A model generated the notes under the pieces. The model made no database searches. It was not told the DNA's origin and worked only from the letters and a program-made list of their open reading frames with translations. The position numbers were made by a program, and so were the translations under genes. A stretch of 64,000 bases of DNA from Octopus bimaculoides (Eukaryota), in the NCBI RefSeq assembly GCF_001194135.2, contig NC_068990.1, positions 4,907,603 to 4,971,602 on the forward strand, given 5' to 3'. This document shows, piece after piece, positions 63,855 to 64,000 of the stretch (positions within the stretch are counted from its first letter, which is position 1; every line of letters starts with the position of its first letter).

Positions 63855-64000
63855 TTAACCCTTTGTCTGTTCTGTGTATCACATGATACATAGGACATAT
63901 TCCCTTTGCATCCATACATCACATTTAATATATATTTCTAATTTAGTTCAACCACCAGAATAACTTTGGAATATGAAAAAAAAGCTTTATATGACTCAAA
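63855..64000 (+). mobile_element. Possible TTAA-CCC (piggyBac-type) element start, running off the window
   Basis: TTAACCCTTTG sits exactly where the array stops. The partner end is not visible. Confidence 0.35.

Larger units (their letters stand above)
59165..63855 (+). repeat. Highly diverged tandem array, unit ~150-190 bp, roughly 20 or more units, interrupted by SINEs
   Basis: The anchor TCTAAAATGTGCAGATG or a variant recurs at ~59293, 59446, 59596, 59793, 59889, 61455, 61610, 61778, 61931, 62089, 62455, 62640, 62809, 62996, 63287, 63438, 63593 and 63746. Confidence 0.9.

Noticed and set aside
59165-63855. Decayed leucine-rich-repeat gene (fragments read IPKFEAAIKLKTIN and LEKFQKFYLSEN)
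   Set aside because: My hand consensus has stops in all six frames, including the well-conserved TAAATAAA, and unit lengths vary without keeping frame. A computed consensus with an open frame would reopen this.

Overview
AT-rich metazoan genomic DNA, with no prokaryotic features. The SINE/LINE families, (GAT)n-tailed RTE ends and microsatellite load match what I recall of octopus (cephalopod) genomes; this taxon call is inference. No intact protein-coding gene, tRNA/rRNA gene or CRISPR array can be supported. Nearly all listed ORFs are microsatellite, N-gap or transposon artefacts. The window is mostly transposon remnants: Tigger/pogo, two internally deleted Tc1/mariner elements (one DD37D/maT), a mariner MITE, several Penelope-like remnants, a CR1-like RT, several RTE-clade LINE pieces (two young), a head-to-tail stack of R4/Dong-like elements in TAA/TAG microsatellites, and many tRNA-derived SINEs. 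There are six N gaps. The most unusual structures are: (1) an 87-bp near-perfect palindrome at 58432-58627 whose 19-nt spacer is an exact inverted copy of 57984-58002; (2) an inverted Penelope terminal-repeat pair at 36620-37447, each arm carrying a differently damaged hammerhead ribozyme; (3) a ~4.7-kb, very diverged 150-190 bp tandem array at 59165-63855 containing one exact 51-bp duplication; (4) a CpG-retaining, promoter-like patch near 58.1-58.3 kb with scattered minus-strand candidate micro-exons (unproven); (5) an unidentified stop-poor, coding-like stretch at 46245-47150 (-). All alignments were done by eye, so element boundaries are approximate unless stated as exact.
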